Below, piece by piece: positions 39,110 to 48,590 of a stretch of DNA of 64,000 nt. The stretch comes from Candidatus Fermentithermobacillaceae bacterium (GTDB taxonomy: Bacteria > Bacillota > Sulfobacillia > Fermentithermobacillales > DUSS01), in contig DUSS01000016.1 in NCBI GenBank assembly GCA_012842495.1, positions 6,136 through 70,135 on the forward strand, given 5' to 3'. Each line of letters begins with the position of its first letter. Position 1 is the stretch's first letter. The notes beneath the pieces were generated by a model that saw only the letters and a list, made by a program, of their open reading frames with translations, searched no databases and was not told the DNA's origin. Position numbers and translations under genes: made by a program.

Positions 39110-40573
39110 TTAGTAGGCGACGTTTCCCCTGCAGCTGTTCGGACCGTCGCCACCGGGCGAAGGACGTGACCCGGGCCGTGTACCGGGATTTGCAGATAAG
39201 CCAATGCGAACGATCGCACCGCCTCCCGCAGCATTTTCCGCTACCGCCCAACCCCCGTGACCTTCAGCTATGGCTTTTACAATGGCAAGGCCAAGTCCAG
39301 CTTCGCCGTCCCGACCCCGGTAAAAGGGCTTGAAGACATTGGGAAGATCTTCTGGGCTGAATCCGGGGCCATCGTCTCTCACTTCGATTTCCGTAAAGCC
39401 TGCTGTGATGTTATCTCTGGCAGACACCAGGATGCGCCTGGTTGCATGCCTGACCGCGTTGCCGAGAAGGTTCCTGAAAAGACACCCAAGCTTGTCCCTA
39501 TCCGCAACGACAGTCAGGTCGGGGGGAATGGCAACATCCACTGTCACGCCCTGTTTTTCCGTCCAGCCTTTCAGGCTGGCGACGATTCCTTCCACCACGT
39601 TTTTCAGTGTAAGGGGAACGAATTCATATCGTTCAGACGGGCTCTCTAATCGTCCCAGGTAGAGAAGCTGGTCCACCTGCGTCTCGAGCCTCCGGCATTC
39701 CGCCGTGATGACATCCAGCGCAAAATCTACTTCGTCTCCTTCGAACACGCCGTCCCTGATGCCTTCGGCATATCCCCGGATACTCATAAGGGGCGTTTTC
39801 AGCTCATGGGAAGTATTATGAAGGAACCGTCGCATGGCTTCCTCGTGCTCGGAAAGTCGCCTTGCCATATCATCGAACGCCATGGCCAGCTCTCCGATTT
39901 CATCGTTGCGTCGCAGGTCGAGCGCGACGTCGAAATTCAGGCGACCGAGCTCCCTGACCTTGTCTCTAAGAACGGACAAAGGATGGACTATGCGGGAAGT
40001 GAGGTAGACCGTAAAGCCGGCCGCCACCAGCGCTCCGATTCCGAAGCCTTGGATGAGGTACTTGCCGAACACCATGTTCAGCGCTTGAAGAACGCTGCGC
40101 CTCGTATAGACAACCACCATGCCGGGCGATTCAGGAGAGCCAGGTATGGCGGCGAGACCAGCCACAATATCTCTGCCGTATCTTGTGATTGGCCTGTCAC
40201 CTAACTGACCAGACTCGGGTCCCGCAGGCAATACCTCATCCAACCGGCTGCCGATTGGGAAATCCTCTGGCGAAGTGGCTGACACCACCGAACCGTGATT
40301 ATCGGTCACCACGTAGTGGCTTTCAATAGGCCGCCCACCGAAAAGGAATATCATTGGGGAAGAAAGCTCACGTGGGAGCCAATACTCCCTGCGCGAGCCT
40401 CGCGCCAGGGATTGCGCAAAAAGCGCAGCTTCCCTGGCAAGAGCCAATCCGGCCTCTCGTTCGATGTAACGCCTGACCAGGGAGTAGAAGGATACTCCGG
40501 CCACGAGAGTACTGAGACATATCGCCAGCAGGTAGCAAAGGAATATTCTCGTAGAAATGCTTCGGAATCTCAT
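39110..40573 (-). CDS. Sensor histidine kinase (2 TM, periplasmic sensor domain, HAMP, HisKA, HATPase)
   Basis: It has the H-box HELKTPLMSIRGYAEG and G-boxes GLGLAIVKAIAEGHGG. The ATG start overlaps the response-regulator stop (ATGA). Confidence 0.85.
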   Translation of the reverse strand: MRFRSISTRIFLCYLLAICLSTLVAGVSFYSLVRRYIEREAGLALAREAALFAQSLARGSRREYWLPRELSSPMIFLFGGRPIESHYVVTDNHGSVVSATSPEDFPIGSRLDEVLPAGPESGQLGDRPITRYGRDIVAGLAAIPGSPESPGMVVVYTRRSVLQALNMVFGKYLIQGFGIGALVAAGFTVYLTSRIVHPLSVLRDKVRELGRLNFDVALDLRRNDEIGELAMAFDDMARRLSEHEEAMRRFLHNTSHELKTPLMSIRGYAEGIRDGVFEGDEVDFALDVITAECRRLETQVDQLLYLGRLESPSERYEFVPLTLKNVVEGIVASLKGWTEKQGVTVDVAIPPDLTVVADRDKLGCLFRNLLGNAVRHATRRILVSARDNITAGFTEIEVRDDGPGFSPEDLPNVFKPFYRGRDGEAGLGLAIVKAIAEGHGGWAVAENAAGGGAIVRIGLSANPGTRPGSRPSPGGDGPNSCRGNVAY

Positions 40574-41244
40574 GGCTCTAGCCTGTAACCAACCCCCCAG
40601 ATAGTCACGATCTTTACGGTTGCGCCGGCCTCCGCGAGTTTCCTTCTAAGCCGTTTTACCAGGTCATCTACTGCCCTGACATCGGCTCCGTGGTCAATTC
40701 CCCAGATCGCGTTCAGGATCTCCTGTCGGGCGTAGACGCGGTTAGGTCTTTTCACGAACATGTGCAAAAGGTCGTATTCCTTTGGAGTAAGATCGACCTC
40801 CCTGGCACCCACAAGGACCCGGTGCTCATCTACTAACAGGCGAACGTCGCCGGCGCAAATCTCGTTAACGCGTTCAATGCCGTCAACTCGTCTGAAGACT
40901 GCCCGTACTCTCGCCACCAGTTCTTTGGGACTGAACGGCTTCGCGAGGTAGTCGTCAGCTCCTATCTCCAATCCGACTATGCGATCGGTTTCATCCCCTC
41001 GGGCTGAGACGAAAATCACCGGAACGGCCGATTCTTTCCTCAGCTCTTTGCAGAACTCCAGTCCGTCCTGACCCGGCAACATGATATCTACAATGAACAT
41101 GTGGGGATAGCCCGCGTTGAGTCTCTTCTTCAGCTCCTCCGCTGAGGGGAAAGTCTCAACGTTAAACCCGGCCTTTACCAGATACTGCTGGATGAGGTAT
41201 CTAACGTTCCTGTCATCTTCTACTACAAAGATAGTCTTTGCCAC
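40570..41244 (-). CDS. OmpR-family response regulator
   Basis: It has a receiver domain (MAKTIFVVEDD...D54 context) and a winged-helix C-terminal domain (IVTIWGVGYRLE). Confidence 0.9.
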   Translation of the reverse strand: MAKTIFVVEDDRNVRYLIQQYLVKAGFNVETFPSAEELKKRLNAGYPHMFIVDIMLPGQDGLEFCKELRKESAVPVIFVSARGDETDRIVGLEIGADDYLAKPFSPKELVARVRAVFRRVDGIERVNEICAGDVRLLVDEHRVLVGAREVDLTPKEYDLLHMFVKRPNRVYARQEILNAIWGIDHGADVRAVDDLVKRLRRKLAEAGATVKIVTIWGVGYRLEP

Positions 41245-41296
41245 GTTAGAGTCACTCTCTGCCTCCCAGTACCGTTATTCTCACCCCACGGCTCCA

Positions 41297-42466
41297 TCAC
41301 TCCGTACGGAGAGCCTCAATGGGTTCCAGATTGGCAGCTCTGCTGGCCGGGTAGATTCCGAAACCTATCCCAACAGCCAGCGCGAGCCCAAGCGCGATGC
41401 CTGCACCGGCCCATGGGAATACCGCCGGGACTTTGATCGCCGAAGCAATTCCCCTGGCCAGAATCGCGCCGGTAATAATTCCCACAACTCCTCCGATACC
41501 GCTTAGCATCGCCGATTCGAGGAGGAACTGCCTCATTACGTCACGCCGGGTCGCTCCAACCGCCTTCCGGAGGCCGATTTCTCTAGTGCGTTCCACAACC
41601 GACACCAGCATTATGTTCATTATCCCGATACCACCAACCAGGAGCGATATAAAGGCTATGCTCGCGAGCATCAGCGTGAGGGTCTGACTGATATTGGTGA
41701 CCGTCTCGAGCATTTGTGTCTGGTCAAAGATTCTATAGGCGTCCTGGTCACGAAAGCGCCGGTAAAGTCGGTCCGAGATCGCGGTAGAGATTTGCTCCAC
41801 GGCTTCCTTGTCTTGACCCTTAATGTAGAAAGTGCTGACACCTCGCCTTCCGAGCAGTCTTTCGGCGGACGTAACGGGAATCAGGACGTGGTCATCTTCG
41901 GTTCCGGCCGGCCCACCTCCTCTAGGAGCCAGGACGCCGATCACGGTGAACGTCTGGCCGTTGATCTTTATCTCCTTACCTACTGGATCCGATGGGCCGA
42001 AGAGCTCCGCCCCGACGTTTTGCCCCAGGAGGACTACTTTCTGCCTGGTGCTGATATCTATCTGAGTGAGAAAGCGCCCTGTCTCCAACCGCAGGTCTCT
42101 TACTGTCGCGTATTGCTCATTTACTCCCAGGAGGCTGCAGTCATACTTGCGGGTTCCGTACTTAGCCGTCGCTGACCCCGTGACAACTGGAGACACCCCC
42201 ACAATACCGTCAATGCCCCCGGTCAACTCCATCACTTCGTCGCAGGTCAAAACCTTGTCAGCACCCCTACCACGTACTGAGACGGTCAGCAGGTATGTGC
42301 CCAGAGACTCGATCTGGCTCGTGACCTGACGCTGGCTACCCTGAGCTACCGCCACTACGCCGATGACGGCAGCTACACCTATCACCACCCCGAGAATTGT
42401 CAGCCCGGACCTGAGTCTGTTGGACATAATAGCTTTTAGCCCCATCTTAAGACTGGTCGCGAAGTC
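41297..42466 (-). CDS. ABC transporter permease (MacB/FtsX family)
   Basis: It has the typical MacB N-terminus AIMSNRLRSGLTILGVVIGVAAV and a C-terminal FtsX 4-TM bundle. The start is set at the GTG at 42466, with AAAGGGTG 8 nt upstream. Confidence 0.8.
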   Translation of the reverse strand, partial: DFATSLKMGLKAIMSNRLRSGLTILGVVIGVAAVIGVVAVAQGSQRQVTSQIESLGTYLLTVSVRGRGADKVLTCDEVMELTGGIDGIVGVSPVVTGSATAKYGTRKYDCSLLGVNEQYATVRDLRLETGRFLTQIDISTRQKVVLLGQNVGAELFGPSDPVGKEIKINGQTFTVIGVLAPRGGGPAGTEDDHVLIPVTSAERLLGRRGVSTFYIKGQDKEAVEQISTAISDRLYRRFRDQDAYRIFDQTQMLETVTNISQTLTLMLASIAFISLLVGGIGIMNIMLVSVVERTREIGLRKAVGATRRDVMRQFLLESAMLSGIGGVVGIITGAILARGIASAIKVPAVFPWAGAGIALGLALAVGIGFGIYPASRAANLEPIEALRTE

Positions 42467-42474
42467 CACTGTAA

Positions 42475-43149
42475 CTACACCCTTTCGTCTCCCTCGAGGA
42501 GCCCGTCCCGGATCCTGAGTATCCTTTTCGCCCTCGAGGCAGCGGTCAGATCGTGAGTCACCATGATAACGGTACAACCTGCGTCATTGATGCCCTGGAA
42601 CAGATCAAGCACCTCGGCACCGGTGCGGCTGTCGAGGTTACCCGTGGGTTCATCTGCCAGCAGCAAGATTGGCTCTCCAACCATAGCTCGGGCAATGGCA
42701 ACCCTTTGTTGTTCTCCTCCGGAAAGCTCATTTGGGTAGTGCTGAACGCGCGCACCCAGTCCCACCATTTCCAGGGCCCTGCGCGCTCGTTCTCTCCTGG
42801 TAGTCGCGTCGACTCCCCTGTATACGAGAGGAAGCTCTACGTTTTCGAGAGCGGTCAGCCGCGGGAGCAGGTGAAAGCCCTGAAAAACGAAGCCTATCTT
42901 GCGGTTCCTCACTCTGGCCAGTTCGTCTTCACCGAGAGTAGACACCTCAACGCCGTCAAAGATATACCGCCCTGCGGTAGGGACGTCCAGGCAACCGAGG
43001 AGGTGCATTAGCGTGGACTTGCCAGACCCTGACGGCCCGACTATGGCGACGTATTCGCGTCTGTCTATTTCGAAGCTCACACCCCTGAGCGCAGGCACTT
43101 CTACGAGTCCGGCTCGATAGGTCTTTCGGAGGTCCTCAACCTTGATCAC
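42475..43149 (-). CDS. ABC transporter ATP-binding protein (MacB/LolD-type)
   Basis: It has Walker [10 protein letters not shown], the signature [14 protein letters not shown] and Walker B LLLADEPT. Confidence 0.9.
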   Translation of the reverse strand: MIKVEDLRKTYRAGLVEVPALRGVSFEIDRREYVAIVGPSGSGKSTLMHLLGCLDVPTAGRYIFDGVEVSTLGEDELARVRNRKIGFVFQGFHLLPRLTALENVELPLVYRGVDATTRRERARRALEMVGLGARVQHYPNELSGGEQQRVAIARAMVGEPILLLADEPTGNLDSRTGAEVLDLFQGINDAGCTVIMVTHDLTAASRAKRILRIRDGLLEGDERV

Positions 43150-43162
43150 GGTTGTATCCCCC

Positions 43163-44884
43163 CTACCTTGGGATCATTCTTGTCACGCCTGGGTTGGTCA
43201 CCCCTGGGCGAAACCACTGACCCATCCCGCCTGACTGTCCTGAGTTCCGGACGAACACCACGACTATGTCGCCTTCTTTGAGCCCGGTCAGGATCTCTGC
43301 GTGGGTCGAATTCATGAGTCCCACCTGAACCGTAACGGGTCTCGCCTGCGACAGGATACTTCTGCTGGCCCCGGCGTCAGACTCTCGCCTCAGTTGCCGT
43401 TGACCGTCAGTATCTGCGGGCACGTCCGACACAACCCACACCATGTATTCGTTTCCGCGAGGCTCGAGTGCCTCAACTGGAAGGAGGAGAGCGTCATCTT
43501 TCGAAGCGGTGGTGATTCGCACGTCACACGTCATTCCCGATAGAAGACCGGTCTGGCCTTCAACGGCTACTTTGGCATCGAAGGTGGCGACGCCACCCGA
43601 GGCCTTGCCCTCGAGACTGATAGCAGATACCCTGCCCTGGAATTGCTTCCCTGGAACTGCGTCACAGGTTATCGTAGCTTGCTGGCCTACGCTGACTTTT
43701 CCAGCATCGATCTCGTCCACCGGAACCGTTATCTCCATAGAGCTCAGGTCGCCGAGCACAGCTACGACTGCTCCAGCGCCAGTGCGGTCTCCTTGGCGGA
43801 CTCTAACATCCAGCACCGTGGCGTCCGCAGGTGCGGTTATGGTCCGGGAAGCTAGCTCATCCTGTGCTGAGGAAAGCTGCATCTCCGCCTGCTTTACCTT
43901 CAGTCTCTGACTCTCCACCTGCCTTTTCAGCGCTTCGTTTTCTAGTTCCAGAAGTACGTCGCCGGTCCGCACATAGTCACCTTCAGCTACGAGAATCCTC
44001 TTGACTGTACCGCTCACCTTGGTCCGGACTTCCTTGACGACGTACGAAGTTTCGTTGGTATTCTCGGGCGCCTGTATAACGCCCGCAGGGGTGTTCACCT
44101 CCACTGTAGCAGCCATGCCCGGCAGGAGGGCACCCTTGTTCTCTATTTCTATGATCACCGGGTACAGGACCGCTCCCCTTTGGTCGGCCTTACCCGTTTC
44201 GCTGACGTGTTTCACCACACCGGTCACACTGCACAGCAGGTTCGGGAAGAAAACGTGCGCTTCCTGGCCGGCTTGAATGTTCTTCACCTGGCTGGCGTTA
44301 AAGTAGGCCCTGACTTCCATCTCGGCGCTCGTGATGGTCCCGACCAGGTAATTCTCGGGTACGACCTGACCTTCTTTCACTGACAGCGCCGTCAAAGCAC
44401 CCTCGCTGTCGCTCGTTAAAGTTAACGAAGCAAGGTCCTTTTCCAGTTCGGAAAGGGTAGCTTGAGCCTGTTCTAGCTGGAGTTCCGCATCCTGTACCTT
44501 GAGAGAAGCATCGTCGGCGTCTAGTTCAACCAGTGCCTGTCCCGCCTTGACCGCCTGGCCGGTTTCTACAAGGACGCGCTTGACATCCGCAGCCGCTCGC
44601 GTACTGAGTTCCCAGCGCTGCGTGGGCCTCGCAGTTCCCGTTCCGCTGACGGCCACCTCAATAGGCCCCCGGGTAACTCGGACGAGCCGGAATGTCTGGT
44701 TCTGATTTCCCTCCGTCATGCGGCTCCTCCAGGCCGAAAATCCCCAGAGACCTATTCCAGCGAGAACCAGAATCAGCGCCACCCACACGGCCCGGGTGTG
44801 ACTGGAGAATAACCCCCTGGCTTTTTGGCGCAAGGTTGGCTTCCTGTCACGTGTGCTTTCCTGCATCACAATAGTCCACCTCAC
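43163..44884 (-). CDS. HlyD/MacA-family membrane-fusion (periplasmic adaptor) protein, unusually long (573 aa) with an extended coiled-coil hairpin
   Basis: It has an N-terminal TM, long heptad-repeat segments flanking a lipoyl/beta-barrel core, and lies immediately upstream of the MacB-type ATPase and permease. Confidence 0.8.
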   Translation of the reverse strand: MRWTIVMQESTRDRKPTLRQKARGLFSSHTRAVWVALILVLAGIGLWGFSAWRSRMTEGNQNQTFRLVRVTRGPIEVAVSGTGTARPTQRWELSTRAAADVKRVLVETGQAVKAGQALVELDADDASLKVQDAELQLEQAQATLSELEKDLASLTLTSDSEGALTALSVKEGQVVPENYLVGTITSAEMEVRAYFNASQVKNIQAGQEAHVFFPNLLCSVTGVVKHVSETGKADQRGAVLYPVIIEIENKGALLPGMAATVEVNTPAGVIQAPENTNETSYVVKEVRTKVSGTVKRILVAEGDYVRTGDVLLELENEALKRQVESQRLKVKQAEMQLSSAQDELASRTITAPADATVLDVRVRQGDRTGAGAVVAVLGDLSSMEITVPVDEIDAGKVSVGQQATITCDAVPGKQFQGRVSAISLEGKASGGVATFDAKVAVEGQTGLLSGMTCDVRITTASKDDALLLPVEALEPRGNEYMVWVVSDVPADTDGQRQLRRESDAGASRSILSQARPVTVQVGLMNSTHAEILTGLKEGDIVVVFVRNSGQSGGMGQWFRPGVTNPGVTRMIPR

Positions 44885-45108
44885 CTGAATCTCTTCGGCC
44901 CCGGCATTCCGGTCCTGCCAGGAATCTGAAAGATTCTGTTTCCCGTTTACCTTCTCCAGCGTCCCAACAGCGTGGGAAGGACAGCGCGCTTTCAGAGACC
45001 TGGCTTCGTCGAGGCTAGTCTATCCCGATTTTGCGGACTGCTGGTGGAAGAAGTGTGTAAAAACTGTGGAATCGTCCGGGCCGAGTTGTACGGTCCCGGA
45101 CCCAGCTT

Positions 45109-45315
45109 TTACCTGGTGCTATTTGCAGGTACAAGTCTCTTCTTAAATTTCGAGGAGAATTTCAGCCGGTCCATGAGGAGCACCCGACCGCAGCCGTTAC
45201 AGCGTAGCCGTATATCCGCTCCGGCCATTAGGACTGTCCACTCCCGCGAACCACATGGGTGGGGCTTTTTCAAGATTACAACGTCGCCGGGACGCAGCGG
45301 CGGATCGAGAAGCAT
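45109..45315 (-). CDS. DUF951-family small protein
   Basis: The 68-aa sequence LLDPPLRPGDVVILKKPHPCGSREWTVLMAGADIRLRCNGCGRVLLMDRLKF has a KKPHPCG...W.V...GADI...C..C pattern. This identification is from memory of the family signature. Confidence 0.5.
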   Translation of the reverse strand: MLLDPPLRPGDVVILKKPHPCGSREWTVLMAGADIRLRCNGCGRVLLMDRLKFSSKFKKRLVPANSTR

Positions 45316-45351
45316 ACGAGAAGGCCTCCCCAGCGATGAACTCTCTGGACA

Positions 45352-46056
45352 TCACGGGCGAATCCACCCGAAAGCTACCCTGGCCACAAGCTGGTATATC
45401 CCCAGGAAATACGGGGTAATACGGGAACAGACCAGCGCATCCCTGAGAAAAGGTATTTGACCCGCTACCACAATGGGATATACCACACCTCCTACGAGTA
45501 TCGCGAGCCATAGCGCTCTCACAGCGCCATCGAGAGCTGCACCCAAAAGCCTCAAGGGTATCGAGCCGCCCGTGGCGAGGTCAAGACCTCTCGCGAGGAG
45601 CATGGCGGCGAAGCGTATTACGCCCACAAGGACCAGAAACACAATGGTCCTGACGAGCAGGGCCGCGAACAGGACCGCCAGGGCTTCGCCGGCAGTGGAG
45701 ACCTGCCGCCCTGCCAGGATATCCAGAAGCGCTTTTTCGGCCGCCTCAGCCAGCGGTCTGAGTGCAGGGTACTTGGCGACGAAATCTGAGATGTTGGTGA
45801 TGGTAGCTGGTCCAAAGGGCTCATGAAATGCGGGAAGTGCTGCCAGCGAACCGAAGACGGTTCGTTCGATGTTTGAGACGACGTGCCACTGACTCTCCAG
45901 GGACCGCACGACGGGACCAGTAAAGCAGTAGGCTCCGATTAGTCCAGCTACAGCACCGGCGAACGAGAGCAAAGTTACCCAGAATCCCTTCACGAAGCCT
46001 CGAACGACCGCCTCCAGGAGTATTATGGCGAAGAGTACGTCGAGCCAGTTTTTCAA
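45352..46056 (-). CDS. CvpA-family membrane protein (colicin V production protein-like)
   Basis: It is a 234-aa protein with 4-5 TMs. The N-terminus MKNWLDVLFAIILLEAVVRGFVKGFWVTLLSF is typical of the CvpA family. Confidence 0.65.
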   Translation of the reverse strand: MKNWLDVLFAIILLEAVVRGFVKGFWVTLLSFAGAVAGLIGAYCFTGPVVRSLESQWHVVSNIERTVFGSLAALPAFHEPFGPATITNISDFVAKYPALRPLAEAAEKALLDILAGRQVSTAGEALAVLFAALLVRTIVFLVLVGVIRFAAMLLARGLDLATGGSIPLRLLGAALDGAVRALWLAILVGGVVYPIVVAGQIPFLRDALVCSRITPYFLGIYQLVARVAFGWIRP

Positions 46057-46096
46057 CGTTATTCACCTCCTGTTCCTTGTGCCTGCCGTTCCCGGT

Positions 46097-46435
46097 CTAG
46101 TTTTTACGCAGCGTGTTGTACGTGACCATGAGCACCAGGGCGGGGACTGCCGGTCCCGCGTGTCTCGATGTATACATCGTTAACAACGAATCGAGGACAA
46201 ACCCTAGAGCCGCGGAGACGGTGACCAGAATCGCCCCGGAAAGCAGGTCCTCGAGGTAGAGGACAAAGTCTTTGTCGGACAACATCAACGCCAGGGAATC
46301 GGCGAGGTAGACCAGAAGGAACGTGAGGATAAACCAGGGAAACGGCTCCAGTGGCTTAAGGAGGGCCTGCGAAACGAAAGCTACCCCGGCGACGACGACC
46401 GCTCTCGGCCAGTGACGTATGAGAAACCGGACCAT
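46097..46435 (-). CDS. Small 3-TM membrane protein of unknown function
   Basis: The ORF is hydrophobic throughout and has good codon periodicity. No recognisable family was found. Confidence 0.4.
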   Translation of the reverse strand: MVRFLIRHWPRAVVVAGVAFVSQALLKPLEPFPWFILTFLLVYLADSLALMLSDKDFVLYLEDLLSGAILVTVSAALGFVLDSLLTMYTSRHAGPAVPALVLMVTYNTLRKN

Positions 46436-46484
46436 GAGCTTCGTCCCCCCTCGGCGGCGCAGGTGGTACCCAATCGTGAATCAC

Positions 46485-47672
46485 TCAGTCCGGCCCGGGC
46501 CGGTACTTAAGCAGTTTAAGGTTCTGGCCGTCCCAACGCAGGATCCCGGAGTCCAGAAGCCAGGTAGTCCCTTTCCCGGTTCCATAATACCAGATTTCTT
46601 CGCCGGAATGTCCAGAAAATGCTCGGACTTTTTGCGTCTCGAGGCAGAGGACCGTTTGATCTTTGACCTTTACCGCAGCGGGCAGCCTCACCCGCCTTTG
46701 CCATATAATGCGACCGTCGCGGGAGACAGCGTTGAGGTACGCACCCCCGTTAGCCTCGGGTCGGCCTTCGATGACATATATTCCGCTGGCATCGGCGGCG
46801 GCTGAAACTACGCTCTCTTTTGAGTCATACTCGCAGAGGACTTCGCCGCGGAAGGACAAGACCAGGACTCCCCAGCTCCATGAGACTAGGACATCTCCGG
46901 AAGACAGGAAGTCCGTTTCCCTAAAAAAGCCTAGTCCGAGATCCCTGCGCCACAGTACCTGACCGGTGCTGGGTGAGAGCAGGTAAACGCAGGAGGTCGG
47001 CCCTGCGGCGGGGTCGGTCACTCCGACCAGCAACCCGGGGGTGCCTGCTTTGGCCAGCACGGGAATCCCGGGGAAACTTAGGGTCCATCTCGGCCCCTGT
47101 GTGGAATAGCAGGTCAGGCTCCACGCGCCCGACCAGCTCTCTTCCCCGGGCAGTTTGGGATGGGTGACCACCAGCCAGGTCACTCCGGTCTTCTCGAAGG
47201 CGGTCAGGAAGAATGAGTCCGGGGGTACATCGAGGGAGATTCGTTTTCCGTCCTTCTGGATGAAGACCAATGTCTGACCTTCGATCCAGGCGGTCCCCGG
47301 ACCCGCCAAGGACGCGTGGTCGGGAAGAGGAGCCGGCAAGGTGCTCGCGGTCCCCGTACTGGCGTCAATTACGCTGGCCGCGCGGGTCACGTCCCGGTCG
47401 GCGCTGGTTACAAGGATTTTTTCGTCGCTTATTGCCACTGGTCGGCCGTACGGGATTTCCCAGGCGACTTCCAGGTCTACCTCGCTAGAGCTGCGGAGGT
47501 GCAGGGTCGTTCCAAAGAGTACGGATATAAGAAATAGGCCGACGAGAATGAGCCGCGCCTTGGTGCGCAGCGTACGAGACCCATTAGTGGTTCTGGCAGC
47601 GGACGAAGGTAGGTGCTCTCGCCCATGGGGGCTGGATGCTGGGCTCCTGGTCCACGGCACCATCAGGGGCAT
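46485..47672 (-). CDS. Membrane-anchored beta-propeller (PQQ/BamB-like repeat) protein of unknown function
   Basis: It has an N-terminal TM (LILVGLFLISVLFGTTL). It also has repeated W-rich beta-strand units (GQVLWRRDLG, GRIIWQRRV, GEEIWYYGTG). Confidence 0.55.
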   Translation of the reverse strand: MPLMVPWTRSPASSPHGREHLPSSAARTTNGSRTLRTKARLILVGLFLISVLFGTTLHLRSSSEVDLEVAWEIPYGRPVAISDEKILVTSADRDVTRAASVIDASTGTASTLPAPLPDHASLAGPGTAWIEGQTLVFIQKDGKRISLDVPPDSFFLTAFEKTGVTWLVVTHPKLPGEESWSGAWSLTCYSTQGPRWTLSFPGIPVLAKAGTPGLLVGVTDPAAGPTSCVYLLSPSTGQVLWRRDLGLGFFRETDFLSSGDVLVSWSWGVLVLSFRGEVLCEYDSKESVVSAAADASGIYVIEGRPEANGGAYLNAVSRDGRIIWQRRVRLPAAVKVKDQTVLCLETQKVRAFSGHSGEEIWYYGTGKGTTWLLDSGILRWDGQNLKLLKYRPGPD

Positions 47673-47693
47673 GGGGATAGACCCTCGCTTTTT

Positions 47694-48215
47694 TCAGTGC
47701 AGGATGAGCGCGGCAACATATGCGATCGCCAGCAGCCCCGTGAGGAATGTTATGATGCCGAGGCGTCGCTGGAAGGCTCGACAGTCGTCGTAGTCAAGGA
47801 TGGCCTGCAGGGCCTTCTCGAACTGACCCATTTCTTGGTACGCCCTGGCCGCATTGTACCGGGGTTCCGGGGCCATGAAAGATGCTTCCATCGCCTGAGC
47901 ATAGTATCGCAACGCCCCTTCCGGGTCGTTATTAACCAGGCACAGATTCCCCAGGTTACACAGGACTTTGGCTTTGTTACGTGACGTGAGCAAAGATGCC
48001 TCAAATAGTTCCCTGGCCTCGTCGTAACGTCCGCTGAAGGCGCGGAGAACGCCGAGGGCATTGGTTAACGCGGGATCATTCCGCTCAGAGGAAAGTCTAG
48101 CTTGCAGAAGGGCTTCGGCCTTCTCCACATCTCCAGTTCGCAATAGGGCGATGGTCCGGGAAAGAACCGGTTTCACCTGTTTTCCCCCCACGTATGTTTT
48201 CCACGCGGAGGCCAA
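47694..48215 (-). CDS. TPR-repeat protein with a C-terminal transmembrane anchor
   Basis: It has about three TPR units (ALGVLRAFSGRYDEARELFEASL; LCNLGNLCLVNNDPEGALRYYAQAM; YNAARAYQEMGQFEKAL) and a C-terminal TM GIITFLTGLLAIAYVAALIL. Confidence 0.55.
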   Translation of the reverse strand: MASAWKTYVGGKQVKPVLSRTIALLRTGDVEKAEALLQARLSSERNDPALTNALGVLRAFSGRYDEARELFEASLLTSRNKAKVLCNLGNLCLVNNDPEGALRYYAQAMEASFMAPEPRYNAARAYQEMGQFEKALQAILDYDDCRAFQRRLGIITFLTGLLAIAYVAALILH

Positions 48216-48335
48216 AGCTCCTGTCTCAGATCATGCCGGTCAGCCCCGGGCCAGAGAGTGTGCCTCCGGGCTTCCGTATATCGGGTCTTATCTGGGGTAA
48301 GCATATTGTCGGGATTCCGGTGGGAGGTGTGTTCA

Positions 48336-48590
48336 ATGACACGTGTTGCGGTAGAACCCGGCCTCGAACCGTTTCAAGACGCGCTGAAAGATGCCGGGTT
48401 CGAGGTGGTCGAGTTGAAGAGACCCGAGAGCCTGCGCACGTTGGGCGCGCACGCCATTGTAGTAAGTGGCCTGGACTCGGATTTCATGGGGGTGACCGAC
48501 TCAAGGGAGGCACCGGTGGTTATGGCGGCGGGCCGCACCCCGGAAGAGGTGGTGGATGAGGTCAGGCGTTCTCTCGGGCCCAGGGAATAG
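48336..48590 (+). CDS. YkuS-like small protein (UPF0180)
   Basis: The sequence MTRVAVEPGLEPFQDALKDAGFEVVELKRPE...AIVVSGLDSDFMGV resembles the YkuS family. GGAGGTG lies 6 nt before the ATG at 48336. Its 3' end overlaps the yyaC 3' end convergently. Confidence 0.6.
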   Translation: MTRVAVEPGLEPFQDALKDAGFEVVELKRPESLRTLGAHAIVVSGLDSDFMGVTDSREAPVVMAAGRTPEEVVDEVRRSLGPRE

